A stretch of DNA of 64,000 bases from Octopus vulgaris (Eukaryota): the NCBI GenBank assembly GCA_951406725.2, contig OX597824.1, positions 5,766,001-5,830,000 of the forward strand, in the 5' to 3' direction. The translations under genes were made by a program, and so were the position numbers. How positions within the stretch are numbered: the stretch's first letter is position 1; each line of letters begins with the position of its first letter. Positions 11,022 to 26,804 of the stretch are shown here, piece by piece. A model generated the notes under the pieces. The model had not been told where the DNA came from and ran no database searches. It worked only from the letters and a program-made list of their open reading frames with translations.

Positions 11022-13087
11022 TCTCTATCTATATAAACCTGAAGTTGTCTGTGTATGGCAGGTTTGGTAGCCTTCAACTAACACTATCTCCACCAAGGCC
11101 CTGCGGCGCAAGTTGTCCAAAATTGAGAGTATGATAGAAGAAGGTTTGCTCTTCCTTCCGTAGAAGATAAAATTCAAATGGGACCATGTTAACATCAAAA
11201 ATTATTAACATCAAAAAGGAGCTTTTTTTTCTATGAAAATCCCTATTTTTTACGATTTTTTTACTGCCAAGAGCCAGTCAACATTCACCTCTGGAATTTT
11301 TCCCACCCTTACCTTGGAAGTGCGTCTTCCGAGGTACATGGGTAGGAGGCTAAAAAAAAAAAAAAAGAATTACCAGAAAATTTTCTAGGCATCAATAGAA
11401 ATCAGCCTTTGTTTTTAGGACTTGGCAAATAAACACCAACGAACCTGAAGGGTAGTTGGGTTGGGAGAGAGTTGGGGATACAATATTTCTTTTCCCCCCG
11501 TTTCCAAGAGATAATTTGGAATTCCACCTCCTGTTCAACAACCTCCATGTCGTAGCCAGGAGGGAACATTTGTTTCCACATTCACTGCATTTTCTTCTGG
11601 TTTCTTTGGTATTTCCTGTTCCTTCATTGGTTTCTTTCCTTTGGTTTCCCCCTTTTTTTTTTTTCTTGTCAAGGTGGGTGGAGGGCCTCCTTGTTAGAAG
11701 GGCTGCATTCTGCACAAATGTGGCCCTTCTGACCACACTTGAAATGACATGGTCTCCTTTTTAGGGCACCTTTTTAGGACAACGTCCTCATCTATTAGCA
11801 TTCTATCTGGAATCTACTCTAATTCTTCCAGTGCTGCCTGGATTAATATTTCAATCGTCTGCTCCAGTCAGTTTTGTAGGGACAGAGCGAGTAATCTGTA
11901 ATAGATTTTGTCTTCCCTTAAATAACATAGGACTGCCACCACCCAGGTGGCGTCGATTTCGCATGGTACTTTCTGTATCTTAATCCTGAACTTTATATGT
12001 CCCAGATAAGGCAGTTGTACCACTTCTTTAGTTTTTAGTGTGAGTACTGAGTACACCCTTGCCTTTTCGGCTGTTTTAAATCTCACCTCTACTGAGGTGA
12101 ACTTTCTGCCTTGGTCCACATAAGCCACATCCTTCCAGACTGGCCTGAGACATTTCTCTATACTCTCCTTTTGGTATAGTTGAGATTTGTATTTTTTTTT
12201 TGTCTTGGGATTGAATGTCTTGTATATGATAGATTTGTTCTTGGTTTGGATTGTGATATCACTTGGAGGGACGATTCACACATCTCTCCCATCCAATGAT
12301 AGCACACAGCAGAAGGACTGATATTCTGAGTGCATCATTTCCAGATTTTGTGAACTATAACTGCTGCTGCCAAATTTTTTACTCCATTATTTCTTCAACT
12401 TCAAGAGCCATTTGCTCCTTTATTGTTTCCATGTCAGGATTTGCCATTTTTTCTTTTTTTTTTTTTAAACCATTTCTTAATAAATTTCTTAAAGGAGAAC
12501 AGGATTTTTTTTTTCTTTAATAATTCTCACAAATGATAACTTTCATTCAAATAAGTTGCAGTTCACAAAAACAATGTTCAAATCTTCCCCTGTAGAGGAA
12601 AGCTTAATGTCCTGCGAAGCAGTTAACAATTTTTTTTTTAACAAACAGCAAGTCAACAGTCATCCAACAATACCCTTTGCATTGCTATAACCAGTGATGT
12701 GGGAGAACTCCTCTTGCATTTGCCCTCTTAATTTGCTTCTGTTGATAGATGCCATGATAGAGGCCAAGTTGGGCATTACTGACTAGAACTTTATGGAGTA
12801 TTCATTACAAATTGTGTAATATTTATGACTCTTAAGGAAGTTTGCCTTGAGAATCTTAAAATCTTGGGCAGGTTCCTTACCCTAAGAGAAATTGGGGTGG
12901 AGGCAAACTATATGACTTCTCCTTTATTATAGAAAACTGCTATGTTGCCATTTTCCGGTGTATTTCAACCAGAAAAATGTTCACTTAAAGAGACTAACAA
13001 GCAACATAATACATAATTATTACTCTTCAAAAATTCCAATTCTAAAGGGTCGAAACAAACCCGAGCAACGCCGGGCGATACTGCTAG
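11022..13087 (+). mobile_element. non-autonomous Helitron with internal cargo of about 1.7 kb
   Basis: 5' TCTCTATCTATATAAA, subterminal hairpin CCCGAGCAACGCCGGG, 3' CTAG, inserted between A and T with no TSD. Confidence 0.8.
11690..12447 (-). mobile_element. L1/Tx1-like LINE ORF1 fragment (RRM-like + zinc knuckle)
   Basis: SVEVRFKTAEKA..RIKIQKVPCEIDATWVVAVL followed by RRPCHFKCGQKGHICAEC (CCHC-like). Frameshifted. Confidence 0.6.
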
Positions 13088-13624
13088 TATATGCAAACGG
13101 TACATTTAAACATGGAACCTTCGAATAAAAGTAATATGCGTCAAAGTAATCCCTCATAATTAACGATTATTTATTATTTACTAAACAGCTATGATTATAT
13201 TAAAATATTCATTAATAAATAAGAAATAATGATAATAATTTTCATTATCATCATTTCTTATTTATTAATGAATATTTTAACATAATCATAGCTGTTTAAT
13301 ATTCTTATCACTAAAACTGCATTTCCCTACATCTGTGACTAACTGTTTTGCAGTTCACTCTTGAAGGAATATTCAATTTGCTACATAAAACGTGCATGAT
13401 TAGATTTAAGCAAACCAGAAATGAATCACAGGGTAATTTGCATATAAATATCGGAGAATTGTAAAATGCGTACATCGTTGTCTATGCTGTTTAAATAGGG
13501 ATATTAAACTTGTAAACATGAAAATGGAAATGGTAATGGCATCAATCAAGAATTCTAGTATCGTACAATTTTGAGATGTTTTTTACCTGTCCGCTTTTGT
13601 GTCGTCTATCTGTCAGAATGTGTT

Positions 13625-14285
13625 ATTTCCTTTAATGTGAAAGGGTTAAAGGCAAAGTCAACCTCGACAAAATTTGAACTCAGGACCTTAAGACTGACGA
13701 AAAGCTGCCAAGTATTCTTCCCGGTGCAGTAATCATTCCCCGAGCTTACCGCCATAGACTCACAGAAAAATGATCCTATCTGCTGTAAGTACAAGGCCTG
13801 AAATTTTGGGGGAGGTACATGACTGGTGCTTAATTTATCGACCCCGAAAGAATGAAAGGCAAATCGGATTTTTTATTTTCTGCCGATTGAAACTGTGCTT
13901 CCGCGGTGGATTTTAAAAATTATAATATATAAGGATGACATACGTGTTATTTGGTTTCTAATTTATATATTAATGTTTTGGCGTATCCGCTGATGAGAAC
14001 TTCGCCTTGCAAATTGGCATTTGTACTCGGAACGGTGGCATTTGTACTCGGAACGTAGTGGCAGATGAAATACCTATTTCTTTACTACCCACAAGGGGAT
14101 AAATACAGAGAGGACAAACAAGGACAGACAAACGGATTACGTCGATTACATCGACCCCAGCGCGTAACTGGTACTTAATTTATCGACCCCGAAAGGATGA
14201 AAGGCAAAGTCAACCTCGGCGGAATTTGAACTCAGAACGTAGTGACAGACGAAATACTGCTAACGTTTCTGCCAGCTCGCCGCCT
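13625..14285 (-). mobile_element. cluster of SINE A copies and fragments (best copy 14036-14285)
   Basis: Repeated ATCGACCCCGAAAGGATGAAAGGCAAAGTC core. Confidence 0.85.
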
Positions 14286-14814
14286 TAGACTTACAAACTC
14301 TGAGTTTATATCCATGTATTGACACGGTTGTTCAAGTTACCGCAGCGTAACAATGAACCCAGAAACACACAGGTTCGAGTTAAAGTTCTTATCGTCGCAA
14401 TCATTGGTTCGTAGAGCTTTTTTTCAATTTGAGACTAATCATAATAATTTTTAGAAAATAATTGTTTACAATACTGTTTATCACAGGCTATAAAAATTGC
14501 ACTTCCTATTGTATGGGCAGTGCATAAAGATTCCAAAAAAAAAAAAAATAGAAGTTAATAGAGTTATTTCTAAATACCTTAAAGGCAATTATGTTTCTTA
14601 CAGGATGGTTTTATACAAACTATATTTAGCAAAGTTTCTTTCTAAATATAGACTATAAAACCTGTTATATAAAAGTATTTTGGCGAAAATCCCCCGAGAA
14701 TACATTTTGTACAAGCAACTATTTTACGTGCGAACACAATTAATGGGTTTGTCTTCAGGTACAAATTTATAAATAATAACGCGTATACATACACCTAGAG
14801 ACAAGCAACACATT

Positions 14815-15003
14815 TATACATACATGCACGTATATATATTTATGTATGCATGCTTGTATGTATATGTAAATGTGAGTGTGCGTGCATGTATATATATATA
14901 TATATTTATACACACATACACATATACATACATACATACATAAATACATATATATATGTACACATATACATACATATATGTACATATATATATACATACA
15001 CGC

Positions 15004-15048
<45 letters not shown>

Positions 15049-15050
15049 TG
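14815..15050. repeat. (TA)n/(CA)n microsatellite
   Basis: Dinucleotide array. Confidence 0.95.
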
Positions 15051-15889
15051 GATAGATGGATGTGAGTGTTTGTGACTGCTTGTGCGTGTGAGTGAGTTTT
15101 GTAAAGCTAACTATCTATTTTCTTACGACTCTGAATTTGTAATACTATATAAACTGATGTTAATAATATGAATGAGAGGGTGTTGTTGCGGAATTAAGTA
15201 TCAATACATCGAGATGCATAATTTGATAAACATACATTTTAGCCTTACAGTACAAATAGCCGCCACTGTTACACAGCAGGTGTCTGTTTGCAGAACGAAC
15301 TGAAGCAAATTCACGTTTTTAAAAAAATATTATAACGTCGTTTTATACAAACGAAGAAAAAGAGATAGAAAAGAAAGGATTGAAAAGTGTATATATAAAG
15401 GGAATGAAAAGGTAAGAGGGAAAAGCGGAAGAAAGACATTAGGAATGGTCGTACTATCATACCGACTTTCCAGCTTCCAATTTATCACGGCATCTTAATC
15501 ATTGATTGTACTGAATCTTCTCACAAAGTCTTACGATTTAGAAATAGATGTATAATAGTCAAGAATTGAGGATCGGAGAAATTTGCTTCCTGTCGGTGCG
15601 GGGAAACAATTTTATTACTGTGGAACTGCAGTTCCGTGGCCATAGCCTCGTGGATGTTTTCAATTGTGAGGTTAACAATATGAAGAAAACACTTGATTAC
15701 GATTATACATTCGATTTTGATGAGCTTGATTAACCATCTCTTGTAGAGAAGGGAATTAAAGTCTATAGTAATTCAGAGTGGTGCCTCTAATCTACTGCAA
15801 ATCAAATCACGCGGGCCAGCTCAATAAACGGGAAATAGCCCAGCCAGTGGGTTGCGGATGTAGAACTCCACTCGTGTGCCAAATATTTG

Positions 15890-16100
15890 TTTTAAATTTT
15901 GACACAACATCAGTTATTTCGAGGGGCGGGGGTAACCCGATCACATCGATTCCAGTGCATAGCTGGTACATATTTTATCGATTCTGAAAGGATGAAAGGC
16001 AAAGTGGACGTCGGTGGTATTTGAACTCACAACGTGAAGACGGACGAAATGTCGCTAAGCATTTTTCCCGCAGCGGTACGATTCTGCCACCTGGCTGCCT
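15890..16100 (-). mobile_element. degenerate SINE A
   Basis: GAAAGGATGAAAGGCAAAGT..ATTTGAACTC core. Confidence 0.75.
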
Positions 16101-17217
16101 TTCATTCCTCAAATAGTAGTCATTCGTCCATGTTGTGGTTAATACGTTCTTCTGACTTTGAGTGGCATGGTCAATAACTCCTCAAATGTTTACAATTAGC
16201 TACAAATGTATTGTTCGGGAAGAACTAATTTGGCGTCGAATGATCGTAATTTTCGAAGTGATGGAAACATTTGGTAACACATGGCAGCAAACGCGAAAAT
16301 AGAATAATCTTTGAATCTTTGGAGAGATAAATATATAAAGTTGATTAACGACCCATAAGACATTTTAATAAATAACGAACGGACAAGTGAACACATTTCA
16401 TTGAAATCAAGTGACAAGTAATTTCACATGGAAGTGTGGTGGGGCGTGTGTTTTAAAGCACATATCAAAGTGTGTGCGCTCGTTGTGTGTCTGTATGTGT
16501 GTGTGTGTGCGTCTGTGTGTGTCTGTGTACAGATACAATCATGTACATCTATGCACAAACGTTTCTTTTTGTGCCTAATTATTTGTAGTTGATTGATGAG
16601 ATCGTGGCTGGGAAGTAGATGAAAACAGATTAAAGCCTTTAAATTGTGCCGTGTCAGGTGAAAGATGAAAATCGGAAGGATAAGTTATTTTGTTCGTTTA
16701 AACTAGAAATCATGAAATAAACAGGAGAGGAAAACGTATGAAGAAAGAATATTCTAAGTTTGTAATGGATACAAATGGATAGAGAAGATGTAAGTAGGAA
16801 GGAAATTAAAATGTCAGATGCTGGCTTCAATTTTCGTTGGATGATGTTTCACTATTCAATGAAGAGAGGGTCTAATAATTAGTTTTAGAGGTATTTTCGT
16901 TGTTGGTAAACAAAAATTTATGATTTCAATATAATTATTCATCAAGTTTTCTTGTTTTTTTTTCTTCTGTTTCAGTTTTTGCACTATGGCCTTCTTGGAG
17001 AAACGCTTCAGTGAATTAAGTTGAATATACCGATTCCAGCTCATATTTTAAAATTCGTGATTTACTATTTCTGTCTGTTTTGTGAACCGCTAAGTTACAG
17101 AGACGTAGACAAACCAACTCCTGTTGTCAAACGTTCGACGACAGACACAAACATAAAGAAATGCACAAATTTACGGTGCGCCTTCACAGAGTTTCCATCA
17201 ACCAAACTTATTCATAT

Positions 17218-17473
17218 CAATAAATAAATAAATAAATAAATAAATCTATCTATCTATCTGTCTGCTGTCTGTGTATAAATATATATATATATACATACAC
17301 ATACACATACACACAAATATATATATATATATATACACATATATATATATATATACATATATATCTATATATATATATATATATATATACGTACATACAC
17401 ACAAATATATATATATATATATTTATACACACACTCATATATATATATATATATTTGTGTGTGTATATATATA

Positions 17474-17506
<33 letters not shown>
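17218..17506. repeat. (AAAT)n/(TA)n/(CA)n microsatellite
   Basis: Compound array following a decayed SINE B remnant at about 17060-17210. Confidence 0.93.
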
Positions 17507-17509
<3 letters not shown>

Positions 17510-18204
17510 CAGTTTCTGCTTAAATTGAAGAATTGACAAATCATAAAATAATACTTCAAAGTGATTGTTTAATAATGATAGAAAAACAGTCAATTAATTG
17601 ATTAATTCTGCTGAAAGAATAACTAATTTGATCAAACAGCAAACAAGATAGAATGTAATATCCTTATGTCACGAACTTTTTTTTACCATAATAATTACTT
17701 CCATGAGATCTAATCTACTTAGCTCAAGGTAATGCCATCTAATGCTATGGAACTAAGAAATAAGTCTCTGGTTGGAATTTGGTCTCAACTCGTGTAAATT
17801 ACAGAAACTTCAAAACATAATTATGGTTTCTCATCTTGACACAGGGACGTAAGTTTTAAGAGGAGGAGAAAAAGATTACAATGTCTCCTGTACTTGACTG
17901 GTTCTTATTTTATCGACTCTGAAACGACGAAAGGTAAAGTCGACCACGGTGAAATTTCATCTAAGAATATAAAGACGGACAAAATGCTGCTAACCTATTT
18001 TCCAAAGCATGCTAATGATTCTGCCAGGACTCGTCTCCGTTGTTATTGCTGTTAGGTATAAATTCACTGTTCTTGGTCTACATACTCTGCAATATATTAT
18101 TGCTAATCGTGAAAAATGACCGTAAAACGTGCAACATACTCTTCCTTGAGATCCCTAAATTACACTTGGATGTTACCGAAGATACAAAGTAACAACAAAA
18201 TTAC

Positions 18205-18455
18205 TAAGGATAACAACAACAACAACGATGATGATGATGATGATGATAATAATAATGAGAATAATAATAATAATAATAATGATAATGAGAATAATGATAA
18301 TGATAATAATAATAACAATAATAAAAATAATAATAATAATAATAATAACAATAATAATAATGATGATGATAATGATAATAATAATAATAATAATAATGAT
18401 GATGATAATGATAATGATAATACTACTACTAATGATAATGATAATGATAATAATA
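18205..18455. repeat. (AAT)/(GAT)/(AAC)n microsatellite
   Basis: Trinucleotide array. Confidence 0.95.
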
Positions 18456-18710
18456 AATGCCCTGATGCAGTACCAGGCTGTGGCTCTCATGGCTTCTGAT
18501 CGGAAGTGTTATCATGTACATTATTTTGTCTTGGTATAAAAGATGGGCTACAGCAAATATTCTGCTCAATACCACAGATTTTCTTGTCAGTTGTTTGGCC
18601 TTAATCAGTTGAGCATGTCCCTTAGTGGCTGACGACATGTGCATCTCTGATCACGAGCAGAAGTAATGGGGGAGCATTATAGCCGCGTGTTGAGAGGAAT
18701 TGTTTGGGGT
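18456..18710 (+). mobile_element. (AAT)n-associated element, 5' half
   Basis: Starts AATGCCCTGATGCA, the same 5' end as the minus copy at 38982. Matches 2767-2940. Confidence 0.85.
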
Positions 18711-18983
18711 CCGATTATGGAAAATGAAAAGGGGAAGATAGTACCCGTTATTGTTGGGTCCTTGGGAATAGTACCAGAAAGCATCAAGAGGAATATCGAG
18801 GAAATTGGAATAGAGTGCTCATTAGAACTGCTACAAAGATTTGGCCTACTTGGCACCGCCAGAATAATTATGAAATAAGATAGCAGAAAAGAAGGGAAAG
18901 CTTTGTATCGTAAGCTACAGATAAATACCCGGCTACGCATAGAAAACTCCAGGAGTAGCAAGAAAACCTGTGATAAAAAGAAA
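18711..18983 (+). mobile_element. 5'-truncated R4/Dong-like LINE 3' end, subfamily 4
   Basis: KIVPVIVGSLGIVPESIKRNIEEIGIECSLELLQRFGLLGTARIIMK*, then a 3'UTR and (AAT)n. Confidence 0.85.
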
Positions 18984-19385
18984 TAATAATAATAATAATA
19001 ATAATAATATAAATATAAATCAGAAATGGACAAACAAAATAATAAATCGAACAATTACCAATTCAATTCAATCTAAATATTTTATACAAACAAATGACAC
19101 ATTTCCTAAATTAACAGCTGTTTCCGCTTCATTAATAATTCGAAGTTTTTGAAGAATAATCAAATCCGTTTAGATACGTAAAGATGCTTCTAAATTTTTA
19201 CAAAGACACTATATAAGAATTAGCTTAATCATAGGTAAATGCTCTAACGGAAATTTTGTAAATTCCTTACTTTAAATCTGTAACTGTTCCATTTCTATAA
19301 CCGATTTATTTGCACAATATAGGCGTTTGTGTATGTGTGCAGAATGATCTATAAGCATGTGTATATGTATGTGTATGTATATATG

Positions 19386-19424
<39 letters not shown>

Positions 19425-19436
19425 CTCACACACGCA

Positions 19437-19505
<69 letters not shown>

Positions 19506-19568
19506 CGGCGTGCGTACACTTTTGTTTCTTATATGTAGGTATACATATATATATATATATATTTTATT

Positions 19569-19843
19569 TCGACCAGACCATCAGATGTTGTTACACATCG
19601 TTGGTCACAATGCGCTCGCATTGTTTTAGCCTTCGAATGACGCCACCCCGCTGGCTAAGCGAGCAGGCCAACGGAAGAAAGAGTGGTGAAAGAGTACAGA
19701 AGGGATCACCACCCCCTGCCGGAGCCTCGTGGAGCTTTAGGTGTTTTCGCTCGATAAACACTCACAACGCACGGTCTGGGAATCGAAACCGCGATCCTGC
19801 GACCGCGAGTTCGCTGCCCTAACCACTAGGCCATTGCGCCTCC
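19569..19843 (-). mobile_element. SINE with family C head and a different 3' tail
   Basis: Head nearly identical to 6901-7065. Tail ..CATTCGAAGGCTAAAACAATGCG..GCATTGTGACC is shared with 61490-61570. Confidence 0.85.
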
Positions 19844-19847
19844 ACAA

Positions 19848-19919
<72 letters not shown>

Positions 19920-20593
19920 ACACTCACACACACGCACACATACATACATATATATATATATATCTACACTCACACACACGCACACATACACACACTTATA
20001 TACATACATACATATTGGTATTTGTAAGTGTACACCATATCTATCGCTTAAATTACGCCCAAAGTATTTAAAAGAGCGAATGATAAATTAGTTTTGTTTT
20101 TGTCAGAAATAAAGTATGAAATGCAGTTGGTGGCGGTGCACAATTTTGATTGGATGTGAGATCAGCGCGCGGTTGACCTAGGGCTAAAGATCATACCAAA
20201 ATGTTGATTGAATGTTAGTCTTCCTATCTGTTATTTGCGAAATCATTAATATTAATTATGGAAGGAGGAATGCAATCTATAGATATATTATTGATTTAGC
20301 AGAATCTCCAAGTAGGACATACAAAAAAAAAAAATAAGTGATATTTAATTCCGTTGGTATCTGAGTCACACTTCGAAATGTTATACATCACATAAAGCAG
20401 GGACAATTCAGATAGAGGCTGTATTTGAAAATAAAACACAAAGAGTAAATAACCCCATGTGAAATCCCCCAAAAATGAAGAACGAGCATAAGAAACAACA
20501 AAAAACGACGCGAGGACGGAATACATGCAAAGCATTAGTAGACGCTCAGGGAAGGAAAGACAGGTGGTTTTTACGTTTAGATCGTATACTACA

Positions 20594-23035
<2,442 letters not shown>

Positions 23036-23044
23036 AACACGCAC

Positions 23045-23470
23045 ATCCTCCTCCCTATTTAACAGTTAGAAGAAGGCAGTATTGATCAAATGCTTCTTTT
23101 GGCTGTCTCCACACATATACTCGGCCGGTGGTCGGATATAAGGTAAAGATGACTCATCCGAGAAAATAACATTCTTCCACTGCTCTAGGGACCAATTCTG
23201 TAGGTTTCTACTTCACTCTAAACGCTTTGCAACCTTTGTTTTTGAAATAGTAGTTTTTTCGACTGCAACCCTCCCTTGAAATCTGGCTTTGTGCAGCTCC
23301 TGGTGAACAATTTTTGTGGAAACTGGATTCTCGAGGTGGTCCGTAGTAATTTTGGAAGCTGTACTTTTGTGATCCTTTCTAACTATTCACGTAAGAGTCC
23401 GGCAGTCCCTATCTGAAGGTTTTGGTTTTCTTCCGAAGTTTTGTTTTGTCGAGGAGGTTTATCAATTATA
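23045..23470 (-). mobile_element. Tc1-like transposase fragment
   Basis: GRKPKPSDRDCRTL..RKDHKSTASKIT..PVSTKIVHQELH..NWSLEQWKNVIFSDESS (HTH region plus first catalytic D). Confidence 0.85.
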
Positions 23471-25134
23471 TCCATTACATAACCCCTGTTTGCGGCCCTA
23501 AAATACTGAAGTTGCTCCAACAACAACGTCATTACTACGATGGATGATATATATGTATATGTGTGCAGACAGAAACATTGTGCTGCTAAAAATACATATT
23601 ATTCGAAAATTACTTCGTTACTACAATAAAAATTAGATGATATTAAAATGCATCAATATATGTCTACATGATATGAACGTGTTTTTACAGTTAGAAGATT
23701 GTTTTATAGACTTGGTATTCTAAATAGGTCGTGTTTTACGAAAATCATTGAACTAGAGAATGGAAAAATAATCTTTACTGCAGTCTGAGATCATAAATGA
23801 AGTTGAATGTTATTTAATATGGAAAATGGAGATAGCTGCGATTAAAATTTTGTGGAATGTTTTCTTAAGCTGTTCGATATAATAGCTTTATTTCAAATTT
23901 ATTATAGACAAAATTGAATTAATGTTTTTTTCTAACACTTTGGTCTAATTTTCTAAAGCAATAAATCTTTATATTTTAGCGGTCTTAAACTATATTTGAT
24001 AATACCAAGATAATATTTCAGACGTAAGAAAATGAAATCTTCTTATAACTTTGAAAAAATCCCTTTCTTTAAAATGGTTGAAGTAACTTATAGTTGATAT
24101 GACACAGTTGTAGCTAAAGTATAAGTCCTATTTTTAATCTCTATAGTAATTAAATAACAGTTAAGAAAAACCATGATACCATTATGGCTAAAAGTTGGCT
24201 GCCAAATGTTCCTAAGTTACCAATGAAAGCCAGTAAATAATTTCTCTATTCGAGTATATCGTAGGTTCTCCTTATATCCGTTTTTTATACCTTATATATA
24301 AGTAATTTCTACTAAAAAGCAATTACGGGCGGTTGAGAATCTAGAACATGAACCTTGCTGTTCAGGCATTACTTCTGAAGACAATTCTCCTTCTCTCCTC
24401 ACCCTCTTCCTCGCTCTTCTTTCCTTTTCTCCCCCCCCCCCCCGATCGTTCTTCTTTTTCTTCTCCGCTAAATCTAACAATGGTTCTAATATAAGAAAAA
24501 AAAAATGTTCATTCTAATATTTTTTCATCTATTTGTTTTGCATTTAGTGTATGTAAGTACCATCAATATTGCTTCCATCATTGTTCGTTATTATCTGGGG
24601 GGGGGGGGGGAGGAGTACTTTAAACTATAAATGCGCTGCTCTAAAACGTTCCGTTTTTTTTTTTTCTAACACGATTTGTTCAGTGTTGTGTAGTGCATTG
24701 AAAATTGCAACTTGCAATAAGAGAATTGTTATTTGAAAGAATAATGTCCTACTTATAAGGCCATTTCAAAAGATGGTAGCCGTGAATTTTACAGCTGTCA
24801 TTATTACAAATATATTGTACAAAGATTGTACTGTTTAGTTTTGTAATACATTATTAAACACTTTTAGTGTATATGATTTACTATAATGTAAGTATTAAAT
24901 ACAAGTCACGTTGACGCTTCGGCACGATTTCGTTTTCCCCAAATTATATAAATTAATTACACGCCGAAAGAAGTTTGCTTTCGGGTTAAGTGCCAGTGCG
25001 TGACATCTAGGGCACGTGTCTTCTGATATTGCCCCGATCCGAGCAAACTTCGGTGAATGGAATTGTTCAACGGAAACTTAAAGAAGTCGACACTTGTATA
25101 TATGAGTGTACACTTATATTTCAATCTAATATCT

Positions 25135-25791
25135 GTTAGTTGTTTTGGCCATTAGGTTGAGGCTATGCTGGGAAACAACGATGAAGAGTTGTTTTTTGGC
25201 CGAATCGATCCCGGCACCCATTTTGTTTTAAGGCTAGTACTTATGGTCTCAAAAATTTGTCCTACGAGGAAAGGCTGAGGACGCTCGACCTTTATTCTCT
25301 TGAAAAACGCCGCCGCCGTGGTGATCTCATTCTCGCCCACAACATCATAAGCGGGAAGTGTAACCTCTCGAAAGAGCTGTTCTTCACTCTTGCTCCGGAG
25401 CGTCGGTTGCGGGGTCATTCCGAAAAGCTCTACCTGCGACGATTCCATCTCAATCGAAGGAGAGGAGCTTTCTCCGTCCGGGTTGCGGATCCGTGGAACA
25501 AGCTGCCAGACGAGATGGTGAAGATGCCGACGACCGCTTTGTTCAAAGCCTCCCTGGACCTCAAGTGGCCTGAACTCTTTACATGAACACCACCCTGTAC
25601 TTAACTCCATGTCCCCCTACATGGCCTTGCTATTTGCTTTTGAGCCAAATTAACTAACTAACTAACTAACTTATTCTACCGGACCCTTTTACTGAAACGC
25701 TAAGTTACGGAGACACACACACCAACGCCGGATGTCAAACAATTGCGGAAGTCAATACAGAAGTAGAAATACATTTACACTCACACACACA

Positions 25792-25833
<42 letters not shown>

Positions 25834-25962
25834 ACGGTTATCTCTTAGTTTCCGTCTGCGAAATCATTTGGCTAGGTTTTGCTTGGCCCAAGGCTATAGT
25901 AGAAAACATTTGCTCGAAGACATGTGGATGGGAAGTAAACTTCTTACCACACAGCCACGCCG
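25135..25962 (-). mobile_element. degenerate SINE B interrupted by a CR1 insertion
   Basis: CTAGTACTTA at the left junction continues as TTCTACCGGACC..GCTAAGTTACGG after the CR1 tail. Confidence 0.7.
25244..25670 (+). mobile_element. 5'-truncated CR1-type LINE 3' end with (CTAA)n tail
   Basis: Open frame GLKNLSYEERLRTLDLYSLEKRRRRGDLI..LRGHSEKL..FSVRVADPWNKLP. GC-rich and apparently young. Confidence 0.93.
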
Positions 25963-26156
25963 TTACAAAGATGTTTATGCTATACACATGCCAATGTCAA
26001 TGTAATATCTATTTTATAGGTAACGAGATGAAAGAGCACCTTCAAAACGATGGAATAAACATGACGATATTTTTCATTACCTGTCATATGTATATGTATG
26101 TGTGTGTGCATGTGTGCATGTGTGTATGTACATATATATATATATATGTGTGTAGG

Positions 26157-26306
26157 TCCCGGGTTGATTCGGGGTTAACCACAGTAAATAAGGTACTCAA
26201 TACATAGCAGAGTAAAATTAATTTATTATATAGAAGGAGCTTCTACAGGACTGATGATTTCTCTTGAATGAAACAGTTCTAGTCCTGTAGAAGCTCCTTC
26301 TATATA

Positions 26307-26312
<6 letters not shown>
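26157..26312. mobile_element. short Penelope-pLTR-like fold-back element in (TA)n, copy 1
   Basis: First 80 bp or so shared with 59395-59480. 32-bp perfect inverted repeat at 26221-26252 and 26281-26312. Confidence 0.7.
26237..26297 (+). ncRNA. hammerhead ribozyme-like motif (type I)
   Basis: CTGATGA-ttc/gaa stem II-GAAA-cag/ctg stem III-TA-GAAGCT. The 5' strand of stem I is displaced by 7 nt, and the stem II closing pair is non-canonical. Confidence 0.55.
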
Positions 26313-26343
<31 letters not shown>

Positions 26344-26346
<3 letters not shown>

Positions 26347-26764
26347 TTAATAATTAAGGTTCAGCAAAGTTTAGAAATAGCAGCCAAAACCTTAGCTATT
26401 TCTTCTACTTTAAAAAGGGTTTCCCAGAGAAACCAAAATACTTGAAAACAATTCACACAGGCAGAGAGGAGAGTAACGAAAATCAATCAATATCTGGTCA
26501 TCCATGGACGCGCGTTTCGGAATTAGATCGGTGTGAATTGTCTTCAAGTATTTTGGTTTCTCTGGGAGTCCCTTTTTAAAGTAGAAGAAATAGCTAAGGT
26601 TTTGGCTGCTATTTCTAAACTTCGGCGCGTGGTAAAGCAAATCTTCGCTGAACCCTAATTATTAAGTATTACTTAAGTTTACCGTGAATTGGTCCTTTTT
26701 TCATGCCGAATTCTACTTGGTGAAATTATTGATTACTTCTTAATTAATTAAGTTTACCCTTTGT

Positions 26765-26770
<6 letters not shown>
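26344..26770. mobile_element. (TA)n-flanked fold-back element (Penelope-like terminus)
   Basis: Inverted arms of about 92 bp at 26367-26458 and 26531-26622, plus outer arms. The spacer has GAAACGCGCGTC on the minus strand. Confidence 0.6.
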
Positions 26771-26804
<34 letters not shown>

